Shown: positions 55,388 through 64,000 of the stretch, piece by piece | Layout: each line of letters begins with the position of its first letter | Numbering within the stretch: the first letter of the stretch is position 1 | Assembly: GCA_964612745.1 (NCBI GenBank) | Contig: CAZTCH010000005.1 | Location: 5,448-69,447, forward strand | DNA length: 64,000 nucleotides | Direction of reading: 5' to 3' | From: an uncultured Candidatus Saccharibacteria bacterium | Lineage (GTDB): Bacteria > Patescibacteriota > Doudnabacteria > UBA920 | Translations under genes and position numbers: made by a program | Notes under the pieces: generated by a model | Database searches by the model: none | The model's input: only the letters and a program-made list of their open reading frames with translations | What the model was told of the DNA's origin: nothing

Positions 55388-58369
55388 TTAAAACCCTGCG
55401 TCTGCCTTAAATTTCTCACGAAGTTTTTTAACTTCATCAGCATTTAAATCTTCTTTCCCCAACGCAGCGTCCAGCTCATCACTGCTATTTGAATACAAAT
55501 CTGCAAACTTACGCAACTTTTCCTTAGAAAGAGAGGCAATCACATCGAAAGGTTTATTACCTTTTAGCTTACCCCACTTTGCCATAAAGCTCGCTGCGAG
55601 TACTGGATCAGCAAACATATCTGCGTGCATATTTGCTGCTTGTTCGTTAGCGGATTTCTTCTCCCAGCGCTTCTTACGGAAGCGAGAGTTTTGCTGAGCA
55701 TCGGTATACACTTTCACATCATCACCAGATTTTTCACCATGCGTTGCAACAGTAGCAAACTCTTTCTTATCGCTAGTTTCGGAGCCATCAACCATCTTCA
55801 CCTCAACAGGATCAATGACATTATCCAGTTTTCCGTCGCTAATCATTTTCGCGTTCACTTTATCTCGCAATTGCTCCAAGTTTCGACGGCTCAATCCCGC
55901 CGCTGCACCCGCTTCATAAAAATGCTCAATCGAAGCATTCTTCCCTGCGGCAATAGCAGCGAGCTCTACAGTAGCCGCAGCTGCCCCTGGCCCACCAGAC
56001 GCAACCACACGATTCAAGTGGTCTTCTACCAAACGCTTTTTCATGTCATCAAAGCTACCTTTGTCCAAAGCAACATCTGTACGTGCCAACAACTCTACAG
56101 TCTTGGCAAAAGAGCTTGCCGCAGAGCCGAATACTGCTGCCAAGTTTTCTGTATTTTCTTTTGCGGTGTTATCGCGTATGTCTTCTTTTTTATCTTTTTG
56201 AGCTTTTGCCAGATCTGAATCTTTTAGAGCTTGCACAGCCTTTGGTGTTTCGCCTTTACGCAATGAGCGTGCATCTTTTGCATATGCCCCCATCAGATTT
56301 TGTCGGTCCTGAACATCGCTCTTGCGCTTCTTCTTTGCTGCTTCCCACACAGAGCCGCCGGTAGCAGCATTAAATGCAACACCTTTCCACCCCTTCATAT
56401 CATCTGCTTTTTTTGGCCCTAAATACTTTTCAACATTGTCATAGTACTTGATCTTAGCGTTATCTTTCAGCTTATCCACCCCCGCCTGCGCTAATACAAT
56501 TGGAGTTTTTGCCACAGTGGTTGCTGCTTTCCCCACAGAAGAAACAGCGCCTGCTGCGTACCCGCCCAAAGCAGCGGCAGGGGCAAATGCCATACCTGTC
56601 GTCTTGTTGAGTGTTTTGGTCACAAACCCACCAGCCCCGCTCCCAAAGCTAGTCGCCACCTTTAAAGTCATGTATAGAAACACCAGTGGGATAATGTTAC
56701 TTGCCAGAGCGAACGCCGCGCTATTTAACCAACTTTCGTTTAATGCCACTTGGCTCTTTGAAGCCAAATCTTGAATAACTGTTCTATTTTTTACAGTCAT
56801 GAGAGCAGTCAAGTTCAGCATGAACCCAACTGCAGGAGTAACAAGTGCCCAATTTATAAATTTATTCCACCAGTCCTTAGAGTAGCCTCCTGTTTTTGGA
56901 AAAATGGAAGCTACATACGGTATTGGCGAAAGCATTAAAAGCAACCACAGCATAACAACCCGAATACACGCCAAAATAGTAATTGCCAATATAGCAAAGA
57001 AAGCCGCAAAAGCAATAAAGAATTGCGTCACAATTCGAATAGTTTCAGAGAAATCACCCAACTGTGCCCCAGGGGTGTCCGCCCAGATGTTACTCACAAA
57101 AAGGGTATTGATGATTGCCCTCACAGCCCCACTGCCATCAGATAAAAACTGCTGCTGCAATGTATCTGCAATACCCAAAACAGCTTGCGCAATAGTTAAG
57201 CTAAAGTTAATGAGGATTGCCCCAATTATCAGTTTTACGAGCAAGTCTTTAACCGCATAACCGTTAATGCGGAACACTGTAGCCACACCAATTGCCACAA
57301 TAGCCAGAATGAACAATATGTTCCCAAGGTTGCGGAAAATTTCCCATGCTGGGTAAATAACCTGTGCAAATTCGTCGCTAAAAGTACGGATAGACAAGAC
57401 CGCTTCCAATAGGGTCCCAATTGCACTTGCAGCAGCTGACATGGTCGAAATAAAGAATTTCAATACTCCACCAATCACAAAGTTAACAAAACCAATCAAA
57501 GGATTATTTTTTCCAGGATCAGCTTGGTTAAGCTCATTTGTTTCGGTCCCAGTTACATTTAGCTTTGTTGTCCACTCAGCTTTAGGAATTGCTTGCAACT
57601 GGCCACCAACTGTTTGCATTGCCTGCACAACAATAGTGTACTCTTTTGGACTTTTAGGGTAGGAACATTCTAGCCGTGCTCCGAGTGCAGCAGCTTGCTT
57701 TATCCCCACCCCACAATCGTACTGAATACTAGTAGCAGCTGGCCCTCCTGCTTTTACATACGTCACATTGTATCTGTAGGTAACCGAAGTAACCCCAACT
57801 GAAGTGCCTCCAACTGGTAGAACTGCCAGAGAAGGGTCGCCGGTAGTTGTAGCAGCACCAGAAGTAACAACAAGACTCCCTCGAAGGGTTACTAAATACC
57901 TGTTTGACTCATTGTCATAGTCATACTGCATCTTCACTGTAAGCTGATGGTCGCCTGCAGTAGTAAATAAGTCTGGGGTTACAAGCAGATTAAAATCTGC
58001 AGTAAGTCCTGCATTTGCTTTAGAAAATATACCGAGCCCACCAGTATCTGGTCCGTTGTACAAATTTAAGCTATACCCAGAGCGGTCTGTTAAAGAACCT
58101 TTGCACTCCGGCTTTACCGTTGCCTGCAGCGCCATGTATTGGCCCACTACATAAGGGCCAGTTCGAATGGCCGTATCCTTCAGAATTATACCTTCTGTCT
58201 CACAAGCAGACGCTGCTTGCAGGACTCGTCCCCTCGGAGGCTCTACTTCTTGCGCAAAAGCAGACGGAACAAGGGGCGTAAAAGCCAAAGCCGCCACCCC
58301 AAACAGGGTAGCTGCTAAAGCTATTTTGCCATACAATTTCAAATTTATTTTAGAGAAGAAATTCACCAA
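55388..58369 (-). CDS. Large polytopic membrane protein, VirB6/TrbL-like candidate, with N-terminal ectodomain and Lys-rich cytoplasmic tail
   Basis: The 993-aa protein has a signal peptide and a ~280-aa ectodomain. Six to eight or more TM helices lie between residues ~300 and 620. A long charged C-terminal domain follows. Confidence 0.5.
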   Translation of the reverse strand: MVNFFSKINLKLYGKIALAATLFGVAALAFTPLVPSAFAQEVEPPRGRVLQAASACETEGIILKDTAIRTGPYVVGQYMALQATVKPECKGSLTDRSGYSLNLYNGPDTGGLGIFSKANAGLTADFNLLVTPDLFTTAGDHQLTVKMQYDYDNESNRYLVTLRGSLVVTSGAATTTGDPSLAVLPVGGTSVGVTSVTYRYNVTYVKAGGPAATSIQYDCGVGIKQAAALGARLECSYPKSPKEYTIVVQAMQTVGGQLQAIPKAEWTTKLNVTGTETNELNQADPGKNNPLIGFVNFVIGGVLKFFISTMSAAASAIGTLLEAVLSIRTFSDEFAQVIYPAWEIFRNLGNILFILAIVAIGVATVFRINGYAVKDLLVKLIIGAILINFSLTIAQAVLGIADTLQQQFLSDGSGAVRAIINTLFVSNIWADTPGAQLGDFSETIRIVTQFFIAFAAFFAILAITILACIRVVMLWLLLMLSPIPYVASIFPKTGGYSKDWWNKFINWALVTPAVGFMLNLTALMTVKNRTVIQDLASKSQVALNESWLNSAAFALASNIIPLVFLYMTLKVATSFGSGAGGFVTKTLNKTTGMAFAPAAALGGYAAGAVSSVGKAATTVAKTPIVLAQAGVDKLKDNAKIKYYDNVEKYLGPKKADDMKGWKGVAFNAATGGSVWEAAKKKRKSDVQDRQNLMGAYAKDARSLRKGETPKAVQALKDSDLAKAQKDKKEDIRDNTAKENTENLAAVFGSAASSFAKTVELLARTDVALDKGSFDDMKKRLVEDHLNRVVASGGPGAAAATVELAAIAAGKNASIEHFYEAGAAAGLSRRNLEQLRDKVNAKMISDGKLDNVIDPVEVKMVDGSETSDKKEFATVATHGEKSGDDVKVYTDAQQNSRFRKKRWEKKSANEQAANMHADMFADPVLAASFMAKWGKLKGNKPFDVIASLSKEKLRKFADLYSNSSDELDAALGKEDLNADEVKKLREKFKADAGF

Positions 58370-58420
58370 ATTACAAGATTAGCTATTTTTACTGTACAAT
58401 ATTTTGCAAGAATTCCCAAA

Positions 58421-60109
58421 TTATGTGGGTATAGGAGTTGGAGTATTTCTCGAATTTTCTTGTTGTTCGAAAATCATTGCCTCACACGCCTCAGGGCTTT
58501 GAATACACTCAGCAGCTGCATTATTAGTCACTGGCTTAGTAGAAGGAGTAAAATCACCAGGGATAAGGAAGTCAACTACTGGCACTTGTATGCACGATTC
58601 TTGCTCTCGTAATGTAACTCCGCCTTTTACGATGAGCTGATTTATAACACTCAGCAATATATTTGTTACAAAGTTCCCAAATCCTGGTCCGCCGGTTGTA
58701 GAATTACTTGGCAAAATATTAAATAGGGAATTAAGACCTGCCTGAATTTTGTTGCTAATAAAATCAACAGAAGAAACTATGGCGTTTGCAGACTTTGCGT
58801 CAATAGGGCTCTTCTTCCCTGGGGAGAGCAACTCTGCTTGCTTAGCTGTTTCTGCATTCGTTTTGGCGGCCTGCGCCAGTGCGTTGTAGAACAAATTGTA
58901 CCCTTCAGAATCTCCACGAAGACTATTACTGGCAATAATCTTCTCGTAGAACTTCGGATCGCTTGTATCGAGCGGCACCGATGGGTCAAACCCAAGGTAT
59001 TCCAAAGATTTTGCCTTGAGCGCCTTACGTATATCTTCTTGATCTCTTTTTTGACAGTTAAATTGTGGAATAAAAGCTTGAACAATGAGCTGATCTTTGA
59101 GCTCAGGAACATACTTCTCTAAATAGTTGTTCACATACTTACCGGTAACAGCATCACCGTAATATAAGAAGTTAGCAATGAGGTAGTTACTTTCAATTCG
59201 TAAAACCAATTCAGATATCTTATTTTTCGCAAAATTAAGCACCATAGCACCAAGAGCACTTCGCAGAAATTGCTCTGCCAAACGAGGAAGGTCCACCCCA
59301 ATTGCAACAGTAAACTGCGCATTGGCTACTTTTACAAACTTGCCTGTGGTCGCGTCTACGTATTGGGTTTCAGAGTAGAGCGGAATTTCTCCATACGTCT
59401 TCGTCAGCCCTTGCACTGCTTTGTTGATGGACGCCACTTGGTTTTGCGCAGCAGCAAATGCAGGATATGCTTGATCCCACTGCCTACCACGAGCCGCAAC
59501 ACCACGCGCAACCGCATCTGCATTTTCCACCGTTTGTTTTTGCACAGCAATAGCGCCCACCATCGACTTCTGCAAGTCTAGTGCATTTTTTGGTACTGGC
59601 AAACTGTACAAAGTATCTAACGTATCATCTACCAACTTAACTGCTTGTGCGGTTTGCACAGGGCTTGGATTTTCTCCGTAAACACCATCAAATGACCCTG
59701 ACGCTTCCAGATAATAAGTAGTCATAGCGTCCAGAGCTGCGGTAGCATATTTGCTTATCGCTTCCACAGAAGCTTCATTTGTTACTGTGAATCTACTTGC
59801 ATCTATTTTCGGCTGTAACGCAGGCTTATTTGCCCCTAAAGACGCATTCACATCTATTGCCAATGAACCTTCATCTACCACTTTACTTAAAATATCTCGG
59901 CTCGCAACCGGATCTACTTTCAACTCTGCCAAATAGGTCCGGTACTCTGCCAACGTCTTCTCTTGGTTATCTAAATACGCCTGTTTTTGTTCGGGCGTTG
60001 GTTGCTGGTAGCCAAACTCAGGATTACTCCAAATAGTAGTTGTCACCAAAACAACTACAGCAAGAGCAGAGACACCGATAATAAGTTTTTGTTGGTTTAT
60101 TAACTTCAT
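58421..60109 (-). CDS. Secreted/membrane-anchored hypothetical protein (T4SS-cluster member)
   Basis: The 562-aa protein has an N-terminal TM (LIIGVSALAVVVLVTTTIW). Confidence 0.4.
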   Translation of the reverse strand: MKLINQQKLIIGVSALAVVVLVTTTIWSNPEFGYQQPTPEQKQAYLDNQEKTLAEYRTYLAELKVDPVASRDILSKVVDEGSLAIDVNASLGANKPALQPKIDASRFTVTNEASVEAISKYATAALDAMTTYYLEASGSFDGVYGENPSPVQTAQAVKLVDDTLDTLYSLPVPKNALDLQKSMVGAIAVQKQTVENADAVARGVAARGRQWDQAYPAFAAAQNQVASINKAVQGLTKTYGEIPLYSETQYVDATTGKFVKVANAQFTVAIGVDLPRLAEQFLRSALGAMVLNFAKNKISELVLRIESNYLIANFLYYGDAVTGKYVNNYLEKYVPELKDQLIVQAFIPQFNCQKRDQEDIRKALKAKSLEYLGFDPSVPLDTSDPKFYEKIIASNSLRGDSEGYNLFYNALAQAAKTNAETAKQAELLSPGKKSPIDAKSANAIVSSVDFISNKIQAGLNSLFNILPSNSTTGGPGFGNFVTNILLSVINQLIVKGGVTLREQESCIQVPVVDFLIPGDFTPSTKPVTNNAAAECIQSPEACEAMIFEQQENSRNTPTPIPT

Positions 60110-60226
60110 ACTTTATTTCAAAAAAATTGTTCGCAAAAGTACTTTCAGTATATCACTTTTTTTCATGCACAGGCAAAAGAAAAGTTGCACTTACGCAAAG
60201 TAAGTGCAACTTTTATAAAATGAGCT

Positions 60227-62467
60227 CTACTGACCAAACTGTTTGCTTGTCGTCAAGCTCCAGTTACCAGCCCCGCCAATAGCAGAGTTAGAAATTGTTT
60301 TAATCTTTGCTTCCACAATACCGGTAACTACAGGACAGCTATTCTTGTTTGCAGAACATGCAAGCCAATCAAGCTTCTTCCAAGAGTCGTCTGCACCAGA
60401 ATCACTCAAGCGGTACCAGACTTCAAACTCGCCAGTCTTGAGCCCTGCCGCCATCGCTGCGGTTGGGCTAATTTTGGCTAGTTGCCTTCCAGTCGAGTCA
60501 GTTCCAGCGCTGGTAATACAAGGCATGGGAATTAACACCGAAACACTTTCTCGAGCGGTGAGGTCATCGGTCGTTGCCACATATTCACCTTGTGCAGTCC
60601 GAACCGAGAGCACGTCACCCTTCTTTAGAGTAAATGTTGTCCCAGATACTCTACGACCATTGATGTATATAGTTGCCCCTGCACTGTTTCGAGTATCTAC
60701 CGCTGCTAGTATTGTCCCGTTAGACTGCACATTCACCCCAATAATAGGATCAGTCGACCCAACAGAACCACCAGCATCACACTGAGCCAAGTAGCCACCT
60801 AAACCACGAACATCTCTGGTTGGAGTAGGAGTTGCTTGCCCAACAGGAGTAGTAGATGCTGCCGGAGTTGGAGTAATCAGTGGTGTACCGCCACCAACAC
60901 CCGCACCAGTCCCACCACACACCCACAGACCACTTGCACCAGTACCCGTACCACCAATACTTGTTCCAGGCGTTAGCGTAGCCCTACCAGAACAGCAGCG
61001 ACTTCCTGAGCCACCATAGCGGTTTACCGTACGATATGTGTACCCATCTGCCTCACATTGTGAAATCAAAGTTGTTCCTGGAGGCCTACATGCTTCTTGG
61101 CCACCAGCTACCAATTTCTTAGTATTCGTTGGGCAAGGTGCACAGTTGGGTGAAACACTCGTGCGAGATGAACTACCTATATTCACATATTCATCTGGGC
61201 ACAAAGAAATAAAAGTTCGAGTTGGGGTCGGTGTAGGTGTTGGAGTTACCAAAGGCACCGTCCCTGGAGCGCCACACCGTGCTGGCAAGCCTCGTTCGTC
61301 CACACACTTTTGATCAGTTGGAGTTGGAGAAGCAGTTGGTGTTGGGGTAAATGTCCCACCAGGGCCACCACCACACACCCAGAGACCACTTGCACCAGTT
61401 CCTGTACCACCAATACTGCTCCCCGAAATCAAAGTAGCACGTCCTGCACAGCAGCGACTTCCAGAGCCACCATAACGGTTAACCGTACGATATGTGTACC
61501 CGTCTGCTTCACATGAAAGGGTTAATGTCGTTTCAGGAGGGCGACACGCTTCTTGCCCGCCAGCTGTCATTTTCTTCGTACCAAGTGGGCACCGCACACA
61601 GTTCGGAGAAACGCTCGTGCGAGATGAGCTACCTATATTCACATATTCATCTGGGCACAAAGAGCCAGACGTTGTTGGGGTTGGCGTTGATCGTACAGTA
61701 GGAGTAGGAGTCGGGGTTGGAGTTACCAATGGCACCGTCCCTGGAGCGCCACACCGTGCTGGTAACCCACGTTCATCAACGCATTTTTGATCAGTTGGAG
61801 TTGGCGAGCTAGAAGGGGTTGCAGTTGGAGTAAACGTCCCACCGGCGCCACCACCACACACCCAGAGACCACTTGCACCTGTGCCTGTACCACCAACACT
61901 GCTCCCAGGAATCAAAGTGGCACTACCTGCACAGCAGCGACTTCCAGTGCCGCCAAATCTATTTACTGTTCTATATGTATACCCATCTGGCTCACAAGAC
62001 AAGGTAAGTGGCGTCTTCGAAGGAAGACACGCCTCTTGCCCACCAGCTGTCATTTTCTCAGTGTTCGTCGGACAAGGTGCACAGTTAGGAGAAACGCTCG
62101 TGCGAGAAGAGCTGCCAATATTTACCTGACCATCTGGACACAAAGAACCAGCCGCACCGCCACGTATTGGCAATTCAGAAGCCCCACTATCAGATCGAGG
62201 CGGTGCCGAAGTGCCCAAATTCACCTCAGTCGGAGTAGGTGTCGACATAGTACTGCCATTAAACACACGCCGTAAAGTCGAGAGTAAATCGGCACGAGCA
62301 ACACCTACCGAAAAAACCTTGCTTGGTTTTACGATATGCCCTGTGAATCCTGCCATAAAAGCACACACAAGTACACCTACTAGTGCGTAGCGCTTCCACC
62401 CAAGACTGCTAACACGCGTGCTCGCTTGTTTTAAGCGATGCATTTGAGAATTTAAAAAATGTACCAT
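60227..62467 (-). CDS. Cys-rich surface protein built from three ~152-aa tandem repeats plus a C-terminal beta domain
   Basis: An N-terminal TM is followed by repeats LCPD(G/E)xVNIGSSSRTSVSPNC..CP..T.KM.AGGQEAC...YTYRTVNR.GG.GSRCC.G.ATL..G.S.GGTGTGASGLWVCGG separated by PTPTPT linkers. Confidence 0.6.
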   Translation of the reverse strand: MVHFLNSQMHRLKQASTRVSSLGWKRYALVGVLVCAFMAGFTGHIVKPSKVFSVGVARADLLSTLRRVFNGSTMSTPTPTEVNLGTSAPPRSDSGASELPIRGGAAGSLCPDGQVNIGSSSRTSVSPNCAPCPTNTEKMTAGGQEACLPSKTPLTLSCEPDGYTYRTVNRFGGTGSRCCAGSATLIPGSSVGGTGTGASGLWVCGGGAGGTFTPTATPSSSPTPTDQKCVDERGLPARCGAPGTVPLVTPTPTPTPTVRSTPTPTTSGSLCPDEYVNIGSSSRTSVSPNCVRCPLGTKKMTAGGQEACRPPETTLTLSCEADGYTYRTVNRYGGSGSRCCAGRATLISGSSIGGTGTGASGLWVCGGGPGGTFTPTPTASPTPTDQKCVDERGLPARCGAPGTVPLVTPTPTPTPTRTFISLCPDEYVNIGSSSRTSVSPNCAPCPTNTKKLVAGGQEACRPPGTTLISQCEADGYTYRTVNRYGGSGSRCCSGRATLTPGTSIGGTGTGASGLWVCGGTGAGVGGGTPLITPTPAASTTPVGQATPTPTRDVRGLGGYLAQCDAGGSVGSTDPIIGVNVQSNGTILAAVDTRNSAGATIYINGRRVSGTTFTLKKGDVLSVRTAQGEYVATTDDLTARESVSVLIPMPCITSAGTDSTGRQLAKISPTAAMAAGLKTGEFEVWYRLSDSGADDSWKKLDWLACSANKNSCPVVTGIVEAKIKTISNSAIGGAGNWSLTTSKQFGQ
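60830..62160. repeat. 456-bp tandem DNA repeat, about three copies, inside the 60227..62467 gene
   Basis: Near-identical plus-strand shadow ORFs at 61038, 61494 and 61881 show the 456-bp period. The protein repeats are more than 85% identical by eye. Confidence 0.8.
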
Positions 62468-62504
62468 ACGATTTTGTTTCCTCTGGCCAAAAACGAACTA
62501 AGGT

Positions 62505-63086
62505 TTAGAGCGCTCTAAGTGCAGTACTGTTTATAATTTGACCCACAAAAGGGTCTTGAATATTGCCACTTGCTTGCATGACTATGTAATCGGTGTCACT
62601 TTTTTGGATTACTACGAGCTGAACAGTGCTTTTATTTTCTGTAAATGTAACTGTCGCAGTGCGTAAGCCACTATTGGTTACTCCTTCTACTACTTTAGTA
62701 ACGCCAGCCTTAGAAGCGGCTAAACTAGTCGCAACAGATGCCAAAGTTTTTTCTACTGTCTTCACGCCACGGCTAATGCGCAGTTGCGTGCTTCCTGCAG
62801 CTGTCGCAGAAATATCCAAGGTATTGCTCACCACCAACAGACCCTCTGCGCCTGTAACTTCCTGCGCATACCAAGAAAGTGGCATGGAGAAGGTATACCC
62901 TTCCGCTTCAAATGGAATCCACCCAAGCGGAGCCACAGTACCAGAAAGTACCTGTGAAGCTGCATCGGCAGTCATAGGCGTTGGTCCGGTATCTTTAGTT
63001 TGAGCAGTATCACCGCCCTTATTAGAGCAGCCTGCTGCGAGTAAGGCAATCGCAGAAGCGGCAATCACTATTTTTTTTGCTTGCAT
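62505..63086 (-). CDS. Lipoprotein (first gene of the T4SS-like cluster)
   Basis: The lipobox is MQAKKIVIAASAIALLAAGCS. Confidence 0.5.
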   Translation of the reverse strand: MQAKKIVIAASAIALLAAGCSNKGGDTAQTKDTGPTPMTADAASQVLSGTVAPLGWIPFEAEGYTFSMPLSWYAQEVTGAEGLLVVSNTLDISATAAGSTQLRISRGVKTVEKTLASVATSLAASKAGVTKVVEGVTNSGLRTATVTFTENKSTVQLVVIQKSDTDYIVMQASGNIQDPFVGQIINSTALRAL

Positions 63087-63173
63087 CTTAATTTTTTGTT
63101 CAATTATATATTGACCCCTTCACATAATAAAATAAAGGAGTGCATGTATTTTTAGTATACCACATAGTCCCAC

Positions 63174-64000
63174 TTACTGCTGCCAATTTTGTGCCAGTCG
63201 AATAAAATCTTCAACCGACAAATTTTGCGGGCGCGCGTCTCGTGTAATCTGCGCACTGGATAACAGCGCGTCAGCTTGTGCTGAACTCAAATGCAACCCC
63301 GCAGAAAGAGAATTGTGAATTTGCTTCCGCTTACCAGAAAAACAAGCTTTTGCCACAGTAAAGAGACTGACCTCTGCTGCTTCTGGCAATAGCGGTTTTG
63401 CATACACAGCAACATGTACCACTGCGCTATCTACTTTCGGCGCTGGAAAAAATGACCGCGCGGGCACTTCTCGAATAACCTGTGGTGTACCCACCAGTTG
63501 CACAGACAAGCCCAGCAAATTCATCCGACCAGCACGCGCGAGCATATTATGCGCCACTTCTTTCTGAACCAATAACGTAACACTACTTACAACAAAGCCT
63601 TTTGGGCGAATGAAAAGCTGCACCAACTTACCCGTTGCATAATACGGGATATTCGCCACAATCTTCACTGGTGTAGTCCGTGCCACTCCAGCGGAGTCTA
63701 ACAACGCCCCAAAATCACACTGGAGCGCATCTCCAAACTGCACAGAAAAATTAGGAAATTCAACAGTAAGCGCTTCCAAGAGTGGACGAAAACGCTCATC
63801 CTTTTCCACTGCAAACACTCGAGCCCCGCGGGAAAGCAATGCTCGCGTCAGAGTGGCAACCCCAGGACCCACCTCTATAACAACATCCCCTGCGGACACT
63901 GCCGCTGCCACAAGCATAGCGTCTAATACTGTTTCATCGAGCAAGAAATTCTGTCCGAACGTTTTGTTCGGTGAAAGCCCATACCGTCCAAGGCTCTTTT
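63174..64000 (-). CDS. rsmA: 16S rRNA (adenine1518/1519-N6)-dimethyltransferase RsmA/KsgA; the 5' end lies beyond the window
   Basis: The in-frame translation reaches the window edge as ...KSLGRYGLSPNKTFGQNFLLDETVLDAML..VIEVGPGVATLT. The ORF-track start at 63944 is a TTG inside the gene. Confidence 0.85.
   Translation of the reverse strand, partial: KSLGRYGLSPNKTFGQNFLLDETVLDAMLVAAAVSAGDVVIEVGPGVATLTRALLSRGARVFAVEKDERFRPLLEALTVEFPNFSVQFGDALQCDFGALLDSAGVARTTPVKIVANIPYYATGKLVQLFIRPKGFVVSSVTLLVQKEVAHNMLARAGRMNLLGLSVQLVGTPQVIREVPARSFFPAPKVDSAVVHVAVYAKPLLPEAAEVSLFTVAKACFSGKRKQIHNSLSAGLHLSSAQADALLSSAQITRDARPQNLSVEDFIRLAQNWQQ

Noticed and set aside
63942-63944. ksgA/rsmA start at 63944
   Set aside because: That codon is TTG inside the conserved GQNFLLDE block. 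The reading frame continues open to the window edge, so the gene is 5'-truncated by the window.
1-64000. CRISPR array or rRNA genes
   Set aside because: No run of regularly spaced direct repeats with unique spacers exists; the tandem arrays found are contiguous 8-bp or 30-bp units without spacers. No 16S or 23S-like conserved stretches were seen on either strand.

Overview
This 64-kb window reads as a small-genome bacterium with Gram-positive or CPR/Patescibacteria-like gene content; that assignment is an inference. It uses the standard genetic code and is about 50% GC by eye. I see no rRNA genes and no CRISPR array.

Housekeeping genes are recognisable from motifs read directly in the translations. 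They are proS (5' part), rseP, frr, holB-like delta', miaA, gatC-gatA-gatB, a GH1 beta-glucosidase, lemA, htpX, recX, a ClpC-type AAA+ unfoldase, comF, rsmE, an ECF sigma/anti-sigma pair, recG, radA and ksgA (5' end beyond the window). There are three tRNAs: Ser-GCT, Ser-TGA and Arg-CCG.

Three accessory blocks stand out.

1. A low-GC, roughly 3.2-kb island sits immediately 3' of tRNA-Ser(TGA). It carries a C5-cytosine methyltransferase translationally overlapped with a 567-aa GHKL/MORC-like ATPase. I read this as a candidate under-characterised restriction/defence module.

2. A roughly 14-kb minus-strand cluster (49.1-63.1 kb) encodes a VirB4-like ATPase, a 993-aa polytopic VirB6/TrbL-like protein, a small two-TM VirB3-like protein, several secreted proteins and a 746-aa Cys-rich surface protein built from three 456-bp tandem DNA repeats. 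This is a type-IV-secretion-like apparatus. No VirD4 or relaxase is visible.

3. An operon of giant secreted proteins includes a 1341-aa protein with tandem Ig-like modules and phage tail-collar (MdpB-like) repeats carrying H-x-H motifs, plus an 826-aa protein and a DsbA-like oxidoreductase.

The non-coding DNA is unusually structured. A modular family of intergenic repeats recurs at six or more loci. Its modules are GTCTTAAGGTCTTCACGCC, CTAGTTGCGAGTAACTAGTTACGAG, the periodic AAAACTCAAAAGTCAAAAC, CCAATCCGCCAGCTGGCGGAC and GAGAATAGAGAGTAGAG. Modules of this family also appear in frame inside miaA and gatB, reminiscent of Rickettsia RPEs.

Other repeat findings are a 100-bp MITE-like element with 21-bp terminal inverted repeats (two full copies and three fragments), a 456-bp unit with perfect 33-bp TIRs, and a four-helix-bundle gene cassette flanked by 40-bp inverted repeats lying between gatB and gatA. 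There are also two arrays of 8-bp ATGYTTNN tandem repeats just upstream of promoters, clusters of CACAGATAC/GTATCTGTG palindromes, and several perfect 34-51-bp palindromes sharing a GACGGCCGTC core.
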